A stretch of DNA of 64,000 bases, taken from positions 62,001 through 126,000 of the forward strand of contig NIVC01002179.1 in the NCBI GenBank assembly GCA_002269645.1, read 5' to 3'. This DNA comes from Macrostomum lignano. Its lineage: Eukaryota. The notes beneath the pieces were generated by a model. It saw nothing but the letters and a program-made list of their open reading frames with translations. It ran no database searches and had not been told where the DNA came from. Of this stretch, positions 34,740 to 48,160 are shown piece after piece; within the stretch, counting starts at the first letter, position 1, and the number at the start of each line of letters is the position of its first letter. Position numbers and translations under genes: made by a program.

Positions 34740-35699
34740 TCTCCGGCCCCGATTCTTCAGCCGTCTCGCACCAATCAGCAATCGAAGGCCTCCGCCGCTG
34801 CCGCAGGCAAGCGCTCGGCCAGAGCCGCAAGCCCGACTGGCAGCGGCAGCGACGACGACGGCGGACGCCGGGCGCCACGGCACTACCCGAAGCTCGAGGC
34901 CGACTCGCCGCTAGCGCCTGTGCCGCCGCCGCCCCTGCTGCACCGTCAGACAGTCTCCGGGTACTCCCTGCCGCCACACGCCATTCAACGCATCCTCATG
35001 ACGTCAGCGTCGTCAACTTCGTCGGCGGCGGTGGCAGCGGCGCCCTCGGCTACGCTGGTTGGCGGAACCAGCAGTTCCGCGTTTGTGCCGGTGAACACCG
35101 GGGCAGCCGCTGCTGCCGCCGCCGCCGCGGCCGCCGCTGCCGCTTTCGCTGCGCAATCGACTTCGTCGATGAACCTGCCGATGCGCCGGCACCATCCTCA
35201 GCTGATGTCGGCGGCGGCGTCAGGCGACGATCGCGACGACAGTTACGGCGACGGAGGACAAGGCGAAGAGCTCGGCGACAATCTGGAAGGTCCCGAGGAG
35301 TCGCAGCCGATGAACGGGGACGGCTTGGACGAAGACGAATCCAGCTGCGAGTCCTCGGCCGTGTCGCTTCAGCGGCGTCAGCAGCAGCTGCTGCTGCAAC
35401 AGCACCAGTTGAAGCAGCAGCAGCAGCAGTCTTCTAGCGCTTCCGGTGTCGCTGGCGCTTCCGGTTCGGGCGGAACCCGCGGCAGCGCCGATCCGGACTA
35501 TCTGCACCGGAAGCGGGAGTCGCGGCTGATTAAAAATCGCGAAGCCGCTCGAGTCTGCCGGCAGAAGAAGAAGGACTACATCCGGTGCCTGGAGAACCGG
35601 GTTAGGCTGCTGACTACACAGAATCGGCAGCTGATGGAGGAGCTCGAGAAGTTCAAGGTGATTCTGCACGAGCAGGCTCTGGGTGATGGCGAGGGTTGA
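34740..35699 (+). CDS. CREB: CREB/CREM/ATF1-family bZIP transcription factor (terminal or sole exon; first ATG at 34998, frame open from 34689)
   Basis: RKRESRLIKNREAARVCRQKKKDYIRCLENRVRLLTTQNRQLMEEL matches the CREB bZIP (KNREAARECRRKKKEYVKCLENRV); Ala/Gln/Ser-rich N-terminal region. Confidence 0.85.
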   Translation, partial: SPAPILQPSRTNQQSKASAAAAGKRSARAASPTGSGSDDDGGRRAPRHYPKLEADSPLAPVPPPPLLHRQTVSGYSLPPHAIQRILMTSASSTSSAAVAAAPSATLVGGTSSSAFVPVNTGAAAAAAAAAAAAAAFAAQSTSSMNLPMRRHHPQLMSAAASGDDRDDSYGDGGQGEELGDNLEGPEESQPMNGDGLDEDESSCESSAVSLQRRQQQLLLQQHQLKQQQQQSSSASGVAGASGSGGTRGSADPDYLHRKRESRLIKNREAARVCRQKKKDYIRCLENRVRLLTTQNRQLMEELEKFKVILHEQALGDGEG

Positions 35700-35814
35700 G
35701 CTGGCCGGTAAAGAATTCTTGTAAAAATTTATTGCGGTTCTTACTGTGGTTTTATCGCTTTTTTGGCAGCTTTTGTTCATACGGGGCTGGCTTCGTTTTT
35801 GCGGGTTTTCCGTG

Positions 35815-36490
35815 TGAGATTCCGGTTTCTAAGGGTGAGACTCTGTCTTCTAAGGGTGAGATTCCAGCTTACCCGCTGGAAAATAGGGACGGATATTCTA
35901 AGGGTAAGATTCCAGTTTCTGAGAGTGAGTTTCCGGCGTTTAATAGGGTGAGATTTCGGCGTTTAATGGGGTGAGATTCCGGCGTGTAATGTGGTAAGAT
36001 TCCGGCGTGTAATAGGGTAAGATTCCGGCGTGTAATAGGGTAAGATTCTGGTGTCTAATAGAATAAGATTCTGACGTCTGATAGAGTGAGATTCTTGTGT
36101 CTAATGGGATGAGATTCTGGCGTCTGATAGGGTGAGATTCCTGTGTCTAATGGGATGAGATTCTGGCGTCTGATAGAGTGAGATTCCTGTGTCTAATGGG
36201 ATGAGATTCTGGCGTCTGATAGGGTGAGATTCCTGTGTCTAATGGGATGAGATTCTGGCGTCTGATAGAGTGAGATTCTTGTGTCTAATGGGATGAGATT
36301 CTGACGTCTGATAGAGTGAGATTCTTGTGTCTAATGGGATGAGATTCTGACGTCTGATAGAGTGAGATTCTTGTGTCTAATGGGATGAGATTCTGGCGTC
36401 TGATAGAGTGAGATTCTTGTGTCTAATGGGATGAGATTCTGGCGTTTAAGAAGGTGAGATTCCAGGGTTTAAGGTTGAGATTTTGTTGTC
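35815..36490. repeat. 23-bp minisatellite that becomes an alternating 46-bp dimer
   Basis: GAGATTCTGGCGTCTGATAGAGT / GAGATTCTTGTGTCTAATGGGAT. Confidence 0.95.
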
Positions 36491-37177
36491 TAATGATGAG
36501 GTTTCGGTGTCTAACAGTGACTTCGCTCGAATTGTAAACCCTGATGAAATCTGTCCCTAATGGAATCCTATTTTATTCAACGTTGAACTGCTTTACCAAC
36601 TGTGGTTAGATTAAACTTTTGAGTGTTCCAATTCGAATAAATATTTTTGTGTAAAAAATAAAATAATTACAATACGCTGTTCAGACTACTGTCCTGTTAG
36701 TAATTAAGTAGTATTATAATTAGAATGCGGCGGCTTGCGATAAAGATGGACCAGAATGAAAATGAGAATCGTATTATACGACCAATTTATTCTTCGCATC
36801 AAATCAAACCGTCAGGTTTGTTTGTTTGTTGCTGTGAAGTTGCGTGTTTTGTTGTTTTTTGTTATAACTTTTAGTCGCTTGTTTGCGTTCTCGCCTCATT
36901 ATTCTATTAGTTTGAGCTCTTCATTTTCCCTTGTTTTGAATCGATCAGTGCTGGATGAAGCTGTCTGATCTTTTGCCAATCAAATTCAATTGTTATGGAT
37001 TACGAATGTGAGTAGTGCATTATTAATAGCTTTTTATCTGGATGTTACATTTGACAATATGTATTCTATTCGATTCTACTGAAAATAAAACTCGCCCTGT
37101 GTCTGTTTGCCGTACTGGCTTCTTGTGCTAACTTTGTCCATGTTTGTATCAGTTTTTAGCTCTCTAAAACTGTTTTT

Positions 37178-38250
37178 GCCACTTCCCCATCAATTGGGAT
37201 TCTGGGTTGCTTCCGGTTCCGCCACTTCCCCATCAATTGGGATTCTGGGTTGCTTCCGGTTCCGTCACTTCCCTATCAATTGGGACTCTGGGTTGCTTCC
37301 GGTTCCGTCACTTCCCCATCAATTGGGATTCTGGGTTGCTTCCGGTTCCGTCACTTCCCCATCAATTGGGATTCTGGGTTGCTTCCGGTTCCGTCACTTC
37401 CCCATCAATTGGGACTCTGGGTTGCTTCCGGTTCCGTCACTTCCCCATCAATTGGGACTCTGGGTTGCTTCCAGTTCCGCCACTTCCCCATTAATTGGGA
37501 CTCTGGGTTGCTTCCAGTTCCGCCACTTCCCCATCAATTGGGACTCTGGGTTGCTTCCAGTTCCGCCACTTCCCCATCAATTAGGACTCTGGGTTGCTTC
37601 CAGTTCCGCCACTTCTCCATCAATCGGGATTCTGGGTTACTTCCGGTTCCGCCACTTCTCCATGAATTGGGATTCTGGGTTGCTTCCGGTTCCGTCACTT
37701 CCCCATCAATTGGGATTCTGGGTTGCTTCCGGTTCCGCCACTTCCCCATCAATTGGGACTCTGGGTTGCTTCCAGTTCCGCCACTTCTCCATCAATCGGG
37801 ATTCTGGGATGCTTCCGGTTCCGCCACTTCTCCATCAATCGGGATTCTGAGTTGCTTCCGTTTCCTCCACTTCCCCATCAATTGGGACTCTGGGTTGCTT
37901 TCAGTTCCGCCACTTCCCCATCAATCGGGATTCTGGGATGCTTCCGGTTCCGCCACTTCGCCATGAATTAGGATTCTGGGTTGCTTCCAGTTCCGCCACT
38001 TCCCCATCAATTGGGACTCTAGGTTGCTTCCAGTTCCGCCACTTCCCCATCAATTGGGACTCTAGGTTGCTTCCAGTTCCGCCACTTCCCCATCAATTGG
38101 GATTCTGGGTTGCTTCCGGTTCCGCCACTTCCCCATCAATCGGGATTCTGGGTTGCTTCCGGTTCCGCCACTTCCCCATCAATCGGGATTCTGGGTTGCT
38201 TCCGGTTCCGCCACTTCCCTATCAATTGGGATTCTGGGTTGCTTCCGGTT
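37178..38250. repeat. 43-bp minisatellite (CCACTTCCCCATCAATTGGGATTCTGGGTTGCTTCCGGTTCCG)
   Basis: Period 43 (37202 to 37245), about 25 units. Confidence 0.97.
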
Positions 38251-38724
38251 CCTTTCCTTCTCCATGAATGAGGATTCTGGGATATGCTTCCGCCTCCATC
38301 AAGTCGGGATTCTGGGACAATCTGATGCTCGTTCATTTCATTAACTACTGGGTCTGCGTATCACTTCCTCATTAGCCGAAAGAATTTTTGATCTTTAAGC
38401 GTCATTTTTATTGTGATTGTGCTATACTGTGTCCATAGATACACTTGCACCTTTGCAAAAGTGTTTAATTGTTTGATTTTTTAAATATATTTTCTTTGTT
38501 AGTTCTTGCTACTATGGGAATGCACTGCTCTGTCGGAGTTATAAATCAACATTTTGCACTATATGTTTTTCAAATTACAAAGAGAAGATTCGTTTTTTTC
38601 GGTTGGCTTTTTTGTAAGCGAAAGCAGATTGAATGCTTTTAATGTAACCGTGTAAAGTTGAATTTCTTGCTGTAGGATTTTGGACTTTCTTAAATTTATT
38701 CTCAACGGTAATTGTGCATCGTCT

Positions 38725-39732
38725 GAAGTGGTGCAGGAACTTGTGACAGCAACTGAAATGGTGGAGAAACTTGTGACAGCAACTGAAATGGTGGAGAAAC
38801 TTGTGACAGGGCAACTCTGAAATTGTGGAGGAACTTGTGACAGCCACTGAATTGTGGAGGAACTTGTGACAGAGCAACTCTGAAATTGTGGAGGAACTTG
38901 TGACAGCAACTCTGAAATTGTGGAGGAACTTGTGACAGGGCAACTCTGAAATTGTGGAGGAACTTGTGACAGCAAATCTGAAATGGTGCAGGAACTTGTG
39001 ACAGCAAATCTGAAATGATGGAGAAACTTGTGACAGGGCAACTCTGAAATTGTGGAGGAACTTGTGACAGCCACTGAAGTGTGGAGGAACTTGTGACAGA
39101 GCAACTCTGAAATTGTGGAGGAACTTGTGACAGCAACTCTGAAATTGTGGAGGAACTTGTGACAGGGCAACTCTGAAATTGTGGAGGAACTTGTGACAGC
39201 AAATCTGAAATTGTGGAGGAACTTGTGACAGGGCAACTCTGAAATGGTGCAGGAACTTGTGACAGCAAATCTGAAATGGTGGAGAAACTTGTGACAGGGC
39301 AACTCTGAAATTGTGGAGGAACTTGTGACAGCCACTGAAGTGTGGAGGAACTTGTGACAGGGCAACTCTGAAATTGTGGAGGAACTTGTGACAGCAACTC
39401 TGAAATTGTGGAGGAACCTTGTGACAGCAACTGAAATGGTGGAGGAACTTGTGACAGCAGCTGAAATGGTGAAGGAACTTGTGACAGCAAATCTGAAATG
39501 GTGCAGGAACTTGTGACAGCAAATCTGAAATGGTGGAGGAACTTGTGACAGCAACTGAAATTGTGGAGGAACCTTGTGACAGGGCAACTCTGAAATTGTG
39601 GAGGAACTTGTGACAGGGCAACTCTGAAATTGTGGAGGAACTTGTGACAGGGCAACTCTGAAATTGTGGAGGAACTTGTGACAGGGCAACTCTGAAATTG
39701 TGGAGGAACTTGTGACAGAGCAACTCTGAAAT
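38725..39732. repeat. 30-34-bp minisatellite (AACTCTGAAATTGTGGAGGAACTTGTGACAGGGC)
   Basis: About 30 units. Confidence 0.96.
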
Positions 39733-40299
39733 GGTGAATGGATTGACCTGCTGGCAGAATTCGCGTGGCTTAAACTTGCAGAAATCATTGAAAGAAAAAT
39801 CAATAAATTTCTTTGATTCGCAGTTTCGAGTTTTATTACTTCCAACAGTATATTGCAACTTCAATAATGCCAGGTGGCTAATGCCTAAACAACAACTAAA
39901 GATACGTGTACATGGTAAATTTATAGTTTATGAAAAGACCGATTTTAACAGGCAGTTTAAACAAAATAGACAAAAAACATTGATTGGCTAATTAAATGAA
40001 TCTGCTTGATTCAACCTGGAAATGCCACAGTTACGAGTACAGTACGATTCCGATTACTTATGAGTAGTGCTACATAAATGTGACGCTGTTTAGCGTAGAA
40101 TAATACTCTTCATTTAAACATTAATTGCAATTACATGTAGACTGAAAATTCACAAAATATTGCACGCGCATCAAAGCTGCACTATAAATATACCTCACCA
40201 TACATTAAAAAAGCGAGAAGACACATGATACTGCACATCAGGTATTCAGCCCAGTCAGACTGTTGTTGTTTCTCCGAAAATTCCCACGGTTTGATTAGC

Positions 40300-41185
40300 T
40301 AAGGGGAATTCTTGATGGGTAATTCGAGAGGACTTGTAGAAGGGTAAGATTCTAGAAAAATAAAATGATGCAGAGGGAATCTTTTCTGTCAGAGAATTTC
40401 GATAAAGATTCTCTAAAGGGAATCTTTTCCGTTATAGAAATTCAAAGGAAGATTCCCCAAGAGAATGTTTTGTCAGAGCAAAATTTCTGAGGAAGATTCT
40501 CCAAAGGGAATTTTTTCGTCAGGGGACAATTCTGAGGAAGATTGTCCAGAGGGTATCTTTTCTGTCAGGGGAGAATTCAGAGGAAGATTCTCCAGAGGGA
40601 ATCTTTTCCGTCAGAGGAGAATTCGGAGGAAGATTCTCCAAAGGGAATCTTTTCTGTCGGAGGAGAATTTTGAGGAAGATTCTCCAGAGGGAATCTTTTC
40701 CGTCAGAGGAGAATTCGGAGGAAGATTCTCCAAAGGGAATCTTTTCTGTCGGAGGAGAATTTTGAGGAAGATTCTCCAGAGGGAATCTTTTCCGTCAGAG
40801 GAGAATTCTGAGGAAGATTCTCCAGAGGGAATCTTTTCCGTCAGAGGAGAATTCGGAGGAAGATTCTCCAAAGGGAATCTTTTCTGTCGGAGGAGAATTT
40901 TGAGGAAGATTCTCCAGAGGGAATCTTTTCCGTCGGAGGAGAATTCTGAGGAAGATTCTCCAGAGGGAATCTTTTCCGTCAGAGGAGAATTCGGAGGAAG
41001 ATTCTCCAGAGGGTATCTTTTCTGTCGGAGGAGAATTCTGAGGAAGATTCTCCAGAGGGAATCTTTTCCGTCAGAGGAGAATTCGGAGGAAGATTCTCCA
41101 GAGGGTATCTTTTCTGTCGGAGGAGAATTCTGAGGAAGATTCTCCAGAGGGAATCTTTTCCGTCAGAGGAGAATTCGTGGAAAGA
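40300..41185. repeat. 46-bp minisatellite (with a 92-bp dimer), abutting the nkd stop codon
   Basis: AGGAAGATTC at 40581 and 40627, and onward. Confidence 0.95.
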
Positions 41186-41217
41186 TTCTCCAGCGGGATT
41201 TGCGAGGCTTCCTGATC

Positions 41218-41511
41218 TCAGCAGTCATAGTAGTGATGATAGTGAAAATGGTGGTGATGTCGGTGCACGTGTCGGTGCCGATGTACCACGTCGCCCCGGC
41301 GTAGAACATCGTCGACTTTGTTTTCTTCGTCGACAATGTCGCTGGAGGCCGTCGCCTCCGACGGCGGCCGCTGCAGCCACTCGGCAACCAGCTGCATCGC
41401 TGAGATGGACGACTCTGCTGCGACAGCCGCTGCAGCATCAGCCGAGCCAGTCGAACTGTTGGACGGCGTCAAATCACTGGCGTCGTTGGGAGTCGCCGGC
41501 AAAGGAGGCGA

Positions 41512-41543
<32 letters not shown>

Positions 41544-41847
41544 GCGGCCGATTCGAGCGGTGCCGCTGATGCCGAGATCGGTGACGAGATCCTGCTTCGT
41601 GATGGTGATGAAGCGGCTTCAGCGGAGGCTGGAAGCTGCTGCCGGTGCCCGAGCCGATGCCGCAGTCGGCAGAAAAACTTGACATCGATGTGGCTGCTGT
41701 TGAATTTGCGTCTTCTCTGGGCACGATTGAGACGCGAAGCTGCAGCGAGCCTGATGAAGCTGTTGACTGGGCGGTTGTTGAGGTCGACTTGCAGGTGAGC
41801 CGCTTCTCAATGGCTTTGCCCAGGGCCCGAGTCAGGGCTGACAGGTC
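41218..41847 (-). CDS. nkd: Naked cuticle homolog, terminal exon
   Basis: Acceptor caaccccag|GAC; DLSALTRAL…LQLRVSIVP continues the EFX domain; ends VHRHRHVHRHHHHFHYHHYYDC*, like the NKD1 His-rich tail (VQRHEHHHHHEHHHHYHHFY). Confidence 0.85.
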
Positions 41848-41964
41848 CTGGGGTTGGATGGGGTTATACGCTGGGGCTTCGTCTCTGCTTCCACTGGGAT
41901 GTAAAAGTCTGAATGAACCTAAAATCGCCGTGTAAGTTGAGGCTAGATAGGATACAGAAAAGGA

Positions 41965-43200
41965 GACAAGGTAGAGAGAGGGAGACAAAGGTGAGGTAGA
42001 GAGGGAGACAAAGGTGAGGTAGAGAGAGAGGGAGACAAAGGTGAGGTAGAGAGAGAGGGAGACAAAGGTGAGGTAGAGAGGGAGACAAAGGCGAGGTAGA
42101 GAGAGAGGGAGACAAAGGTGAGGTAGAGAGGGAGACAAAGGTGAGGTAGAGAGAGAGGGAGACAAAGGTGAGGTAGAGAGGGAGAAAAAGGCGAGGTAGA
42201 GAGAGAGGGAGACAAAGGTGAGGTAGAGAGAGAGGGAGACAAAGGTGAGGTAGAGAGGGAGACAAAGGTGAGGTAGAGAGGGAGACAAAGGTGAGGTAGA
42301 GAGAGAGGGAGACAAAGGCGAGGTAGAGAGAGAGGGAGACAAAGGTGAGGTAGAGAGGGAGACAAAGGCGAGGTAGAGAGAGAGGGAGACAAAGGTGAGG
42401 TAGAGAGGGAGACAAAGGTGAGGTAGAGAGGGAGACAAAGGTGAGGTAGAGAGGGAGAAAAAGGCGAGGTAGAGAGGGAGACAAAGGTGAGGTAGAGAGA
42501 GAGGGAGACAAAGGTGAGGTAGAGAGGGAGAAAAAGGCGAGGTAGAGAGAGAGGGAGACAAAGGTGAGGTAGAGAGAGAGGGAGACAAAGGTGAGGTAGA
42601 GAGGGAGACAAAGGCGAGGTAGAGAGAGAGGGAGACAAAGGTGAGGTAGAGAGGGAGACAAAGGTGAGGTAGAGAGAGAGGGAGACAAAGGTGAGGTAGA
42701 GAGGGAGACAAAGGTGAGGTAGAGAGAGGGAGACAAAGGTGAGGTAGAGAGAGAGGGAGACAAAGGTGAGGTAGAGAGGGAGACAAAGGTGAGGTTGAGA
42801 GAGAGGGAGACAAAGGCGAGGTAGAGAGAGAGGGAGACAAAGGTGAGGTAGAGAGAGAGGGAGACAAAGGTGAGGTAGAGAGGGAGACAAAGGCGAGGTA
42901 GAGAGAGAGGGAGACAAAGGTGAGGTAGAGAGGGAGACAAAGGTGAGGTAGAGAGGGAGAAAAAGGCGAGGTAGAGAGGGAGACAAAGGTGAGGTAGAGA
43001 GAGAGGGAGACAAAGGTGAGGTAGAGAGGGAGACAAAGGTGAGGTAGAGAGGGAGAAAAAGGCGAGGTAGAGAGAGAGGGAGACAAAGGTGAGGTAGAGA
43101 GGGAGACAAAGGTGAGGTAGAGAGAGAGAGACAAAGGCGAGGTAGAGAGAGAGGGAGACAAGGGAGAATTAGAGAGAGAGAGACAAAGGCGAGGTAGAGA
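41965..43200. repeat. 25/29-bp purine-rich intronic minisatellite (GAGGGAGACAAAGGTGAGGTAGAGA)
   Basis: About 45 units inside the nkd intron. Confidence 0.97.
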
Positions 43201-43364
43201 TATTGAGGAGAGGTGGAGGAGTAGAAAGGCTCTAGACAGTACAGTAGGGGTGTAGAGATGGGGGTAGAGCGGCAGGGAAAGAAGAGAGAAGAGGGAGAGA
43301 AGGGCGTGAGAACATGAGACAGGTACGGAACTCTACATCATAGATGGCGTGATAAACCGCTCAC

Positions 43365-43595
43365 CTCTCTGGTAAATTTGCCTCTGCCATCAAAATCGTA
43401 CAAAGTCACAGAGCACTCCCCGGCCTCCGATGCTCCAGCCGCTTCCTCTGCAGGTGGGCTGCGGCGTTCGGCGAGCAGCCAGGAGGAGGAGGTCTGGCTC
43501 GACGCGTCCACCCTGGTGGCAGCGAGTCCGGCTGCTTGACTTCGGCGGGACCTTCGGCGGGCTGAGCAGCCCTGCAGTGCGGAGTCTCTGCTGGC
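43365..43595 (-). CDS. nkd: Naked cuticle homolog, exon carrying the first half of the EF-hand (EFX) domain
   Basis: Reads …ECSVTLYDFDGRGKFTRE|gtgagc (NKD1: WTFTLYDFDNNGKVTRED) and splices in phase 0 to GAC at 41847; acceptor ccgacag at 43596. Confidence 0.85.
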
Positions 43596-43627
43596 CTGTC
43601 GGTTTGGGGTGAAGGGGCAGAGTTGAA

Positions 43628-44242
43628 TGTGTACCAGATTGTAGTGTGAGACTTGTACCAGATTGTACTGCGAGACTTGTAAAAGATTGTAGTGTGAGAC
43701 TTGTACCAGATTTTAGTGTGAGACTTGTACCAGATTGTAGTGTGAGGCTTGTACCAGATTGTAGTGCCAGACTTGTACCAGATTGTAGTATGAGGCTTGT
43801 ACCAGATTGTAGTCTGAGACTTTTACCAGATTGTAGTCTGAGACTTTTACCAGATTGTAGTGTGAGGCTTGTACCAGATTGTAGTGCCAGACTTGTACCA
43901 GATTGTAGTCTGAGACTTGTACCAGATTGTAGTGCCAGACTTGTACCAGATTGAAGTGTGATACTTGTACCAGATTGTACTGCGAGACTTGTACCAGATT
44001 GTAGTGTGAGACTTGTACCAGATTGAAGTGTGAGACTTGTACCAGATTGTACTGCGAGACTTGTACCAGATTGTAGTGTGAGACTTGTACCAGATTGTAG
44101 TGCCAGACTTGTACCAGATTGTAGTGCCAGACTTGTACCAGATTGTAGTATGAGGCTTGTACCAGATTGTAGTGTGAGACTTGTACCAGATTGTAGTCTG
44201 AGAGTTGTACCAGATTGTAGTCTGAGAGTTGTACCAGATTGT
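43628..44242. repeat. 24-bp minisatellite (GAGACTTGTACCAGATTGTAGTGT)
   Basis: About 25 units. Confidence 0.96.
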
Positions 44243-44289
44243 GATCTGTGTTTGTAATAGAATTATGTAGTTTATTAGGCGCTAAATTA

Positions 44290-44595
44290 TTGTTGTTAAA
44301 CGCTGAAGTTCTGGTTGTTTAAGCGCCGAAGTTATGGTTGTTTAAGCGCCGAGTTTAAGCGCCGAAGTTATGGTTGTTTAAGCGCCGAAGTTATGGTTGT
44401 TTAAGCGCCAAAGTTATGGTTGTTTAGGCGCCGAAGTTATGGTTGTTTAAGCGCCGAAGTTATGGTTGTTTAAGCACTGAAGTTATGGTTGTTTAAGCGC
44501 CGAAATTATGGTTTATTAGGCGCCGAAATTATGATTGTTTAGGCGCCGAATTAGTGTTGTTTAAGCGCCGAATTCGTGGTTTATTAGGCGCCGAA
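44290..44595. repeat. 23-bp minisatellite (GTTGTTTAAGCGCCGAAGTTATG)
   Basis: About 12 units. Confidence 0.93.
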
Positions 44596-45369
44596 AAAAA
44601 TGTTGCATTTTTTCATAAATTCAACCAGATTTTCATCATCAATAATCTACCCCCACAAAAATGAGGAAGTTGTCAAACAAACAAAAATCTAGTTATTTGT
44701 AAAAAATTCTATAGAAACAAAGTTCAAAGGTTGCAAATGTTTCAAGCACGTATGACATTGTTTAATTTGAATTGCGAGTTGCGTTTCGAATCGGGTAAAG
44801 AATTGAAAATGTAGCTAGCTATAGAAATGAATAAGCTTGAGTAACGAGATGCGCCTTCATCAAAGCATTCTCAAACATCTCTGCGGGGGGGGGTCCGCAA
44901 TTGGATTCCGTGGAGAAGCCTTTTAAGTATACCGACTCCTGTTTATTATTGTCTCGAGTGAACGAGAGCTGTGCCGATTTCAATGACTGATTGCCGACAT
45001 GCCCGGGCCTCCAGATGGGGCTTCAATATTTTAGTAGCTATCGCCAATTTGAGCACACGGCAACAACCGACAGGATTTTAGCTGACTGCCTTTAGCATGC
45101 TTTCGGTTGCAGCTCTGATGGATGAATATGATAGAATTTGGTGAATTTCTATAGAATTCTATATGCGGGTCTGTGGATTTGAAAACTGGTAGCTTTTTAC
45201 TGAGTAGTGAGGCTTCCTGATTGATAAGTTTTGTCTTTTCATTGATTGATAAGCATGTTGTTACACTGATATATTGATATATTGATAAATTTTTGGATAA
45301 GTAGATTGGTAGTTTTATATATTCATAGATTTTTATCAGATAGATTGGTAGATTATATTGCTTGGTAGC

Positions 45370-45720
45370 TTAATAGATTGATAGATTGATAGATTTAAAG
45401 ATTGATAGATTGATAGATTGATAGATTGATAGATTGATAGATTGATAGAGCGATAGATTGATAGATTGATAGATTGATAGGTTGATAGGTTGGTAGATTG
45501 ATAGATTGATAGATTGATAGATTGATAGGTTGGTAGATTGATAGATTGATAGGTTGATAGGTTGATAGGTTGGTAGATTGATAGATTGATAGATTGATAG
45601 GTTGATAGGTTGGTAGATTGATAGATTGATAGATTGATAGATTGATAGAGCGATAGATTGATAGATTGATAGAGCGATAGATTGATAGATTGATAGATTG
45701 ATAGATTGATAGATTGATTG
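45370..45720. repeat. (GATAGATT)n 8-bp repeat
   Basis: Direct reading; a degenerate inverse (AATCTACC) tract lies at 46085-46285. Confidence 0.95.
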
Positions 45721-46744
45721 TTTGTTTGATAGATTAATAGTTTGTTAGTCTATGTTTGGTTTGTTAGGATTGTTTGGTTTTTCAGTTGGTCTCCCCTCTG
45801 GATTTCTAGCCCGAGTTGTCCATGGCGCATGCAAAACCATCTCTCAGCAGTCTCGCTCTCCAGTCTCTCCAGTCAAGTGGAAAGTTAAAAGTTGGGTAAA
45901 TGTCGGAGTATTAGAATTTGTGTCCTGAGCAGACTCTCGGCTCAGCAGGGGGCTCTGGGATAAGGGCTCAAGGATATTTGTACTCAAGTATGAGTCTGTG
46001 AGGTTAGCGGAGCAGCCTTGTTTATTAAAGTGGTTGACATTGCGATGCAGCGCTGTGCAACGCAATCTAGCCAATTTATTAATTCACCAATCTACCAATC
46101 TACCAATCTACCAATGTTCTAATCTACTAATCTACCAATCTAACAATATAACAATCTACCAATCTACTAATCTAACAAGCTATCAATCTACTAATCTACC
46201 AGTCTATGATTCTACCAATCTTCTAATCTACTAATCTACTAATTTACGTATTTACCAATCTACTAATCTACCAGCCTTATTAATCTACAGGTGGGGTCAA
46301 ACAGCGGGGTCAAATGACCCAACCTAGTAAAGTTGAATTTTCACTTTACACGATTATTCGTATTTAATGAGCGGCTGAGATAGTGAGACAGCCAATTACC
46401 AGAATAAATGTCTCATATTTCTAGCTTAAGTTGATCCAATTGACAGTAGAAATTAAGCCTGGCACACTGAAAGACCTAGAGGACTGGGTTCTGTAGTGGT
46501 CCAGAATTGGTTTTTACGCTTCGCAGATAAGGTGGCTTATCTAGGTCTAATTTAATTGCGATTGAAAAGGCATAACTCGCTTTATTGCTCCCTCTTAATT
46601 GTTTTATTGCCGTGTAAATTCAACACATTGAGCCTTAGTGTAGATTCTCACTATTCACAATTCAGTGTGATCCGCTATGCACTGCAAAAATCTGCTGCCA
46701 AACTTGCTTTAATAATGCTTATGCTACCTATTCTTACTAGAACC

Positions 46745-47185
46745 ACAGAACCTGCTATGAAATCTACCACAGAATCTGCTATGAAATCTACCACAGAATC
46801 TGCTATGAAATCTAATATAGAATCTGCTATGAAATCTACCATAGAATCTGCTATGAAATCTACCACAGAATCTGCTATGAAATCTACCACAGAATCTGCT
46901 ATGAAATCTACCACAGAATCTGCTATGAAATCTACCACAGAATCTGCTATGAAATCTAACATAGAATCTGCTATGAAATCTACCATATAATCTGCTATGA
47001 AATCTAACATAGAACCTGCTAACAAATCTATCATAGAATCTGCTAACAAATCTACCTTAGAATCTGCTACCTAACGAATCTACCATACAAACTTGCTAAT
47101 AAATCTATCATAGAATCTCCGCTACTAAATCTACCATTGAATCCGCCACAGAATCTGCTACTTAACAAATCTACCGCAGAATCTG
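46745..47185. repeat. 24-bp minisatellite (ATGAAATCTACCACAGAATCTGCT)
   Basis: About 12 good units plus degenerate ones. Confidence 0.93.
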
Positions 47186-47422
47186 CTGCCTCGTGACTGG
47201 CTACTCACATTTATACAGAAGACAACTCAACAAACGAGCTGCGACTAACTCAAAAAAGTCAATCGAATACTTCCCAAATGAGGCTGGTGATTCTTTAATA
47301 ATTAATTTACCATTGCTTCTCTCATGTCTCCGAACTGGGGCCATTCATTTGGGAGTTTTTCTACGAGCTGCATGCGCTGCTTGCAGGTGGCTCGCTGCAC
47401 GGCACAGGTGACTCACAACTTG

Positions 47423-48160
<738 letters not shown>

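Noticed and set aside
37107-43161. Long repetitive ORFs at 37-43 kb and 59-62.7 kb
   Set aside because: They are minisatellite translations; only 41218-41847 of ORF 41218-43161 is real (the nkd exon).
47320-47410. [11 protein letters not shown], Myb/SANT(MADF)-like text
   Set aside because: A short isolated match with no supporting exon or element.
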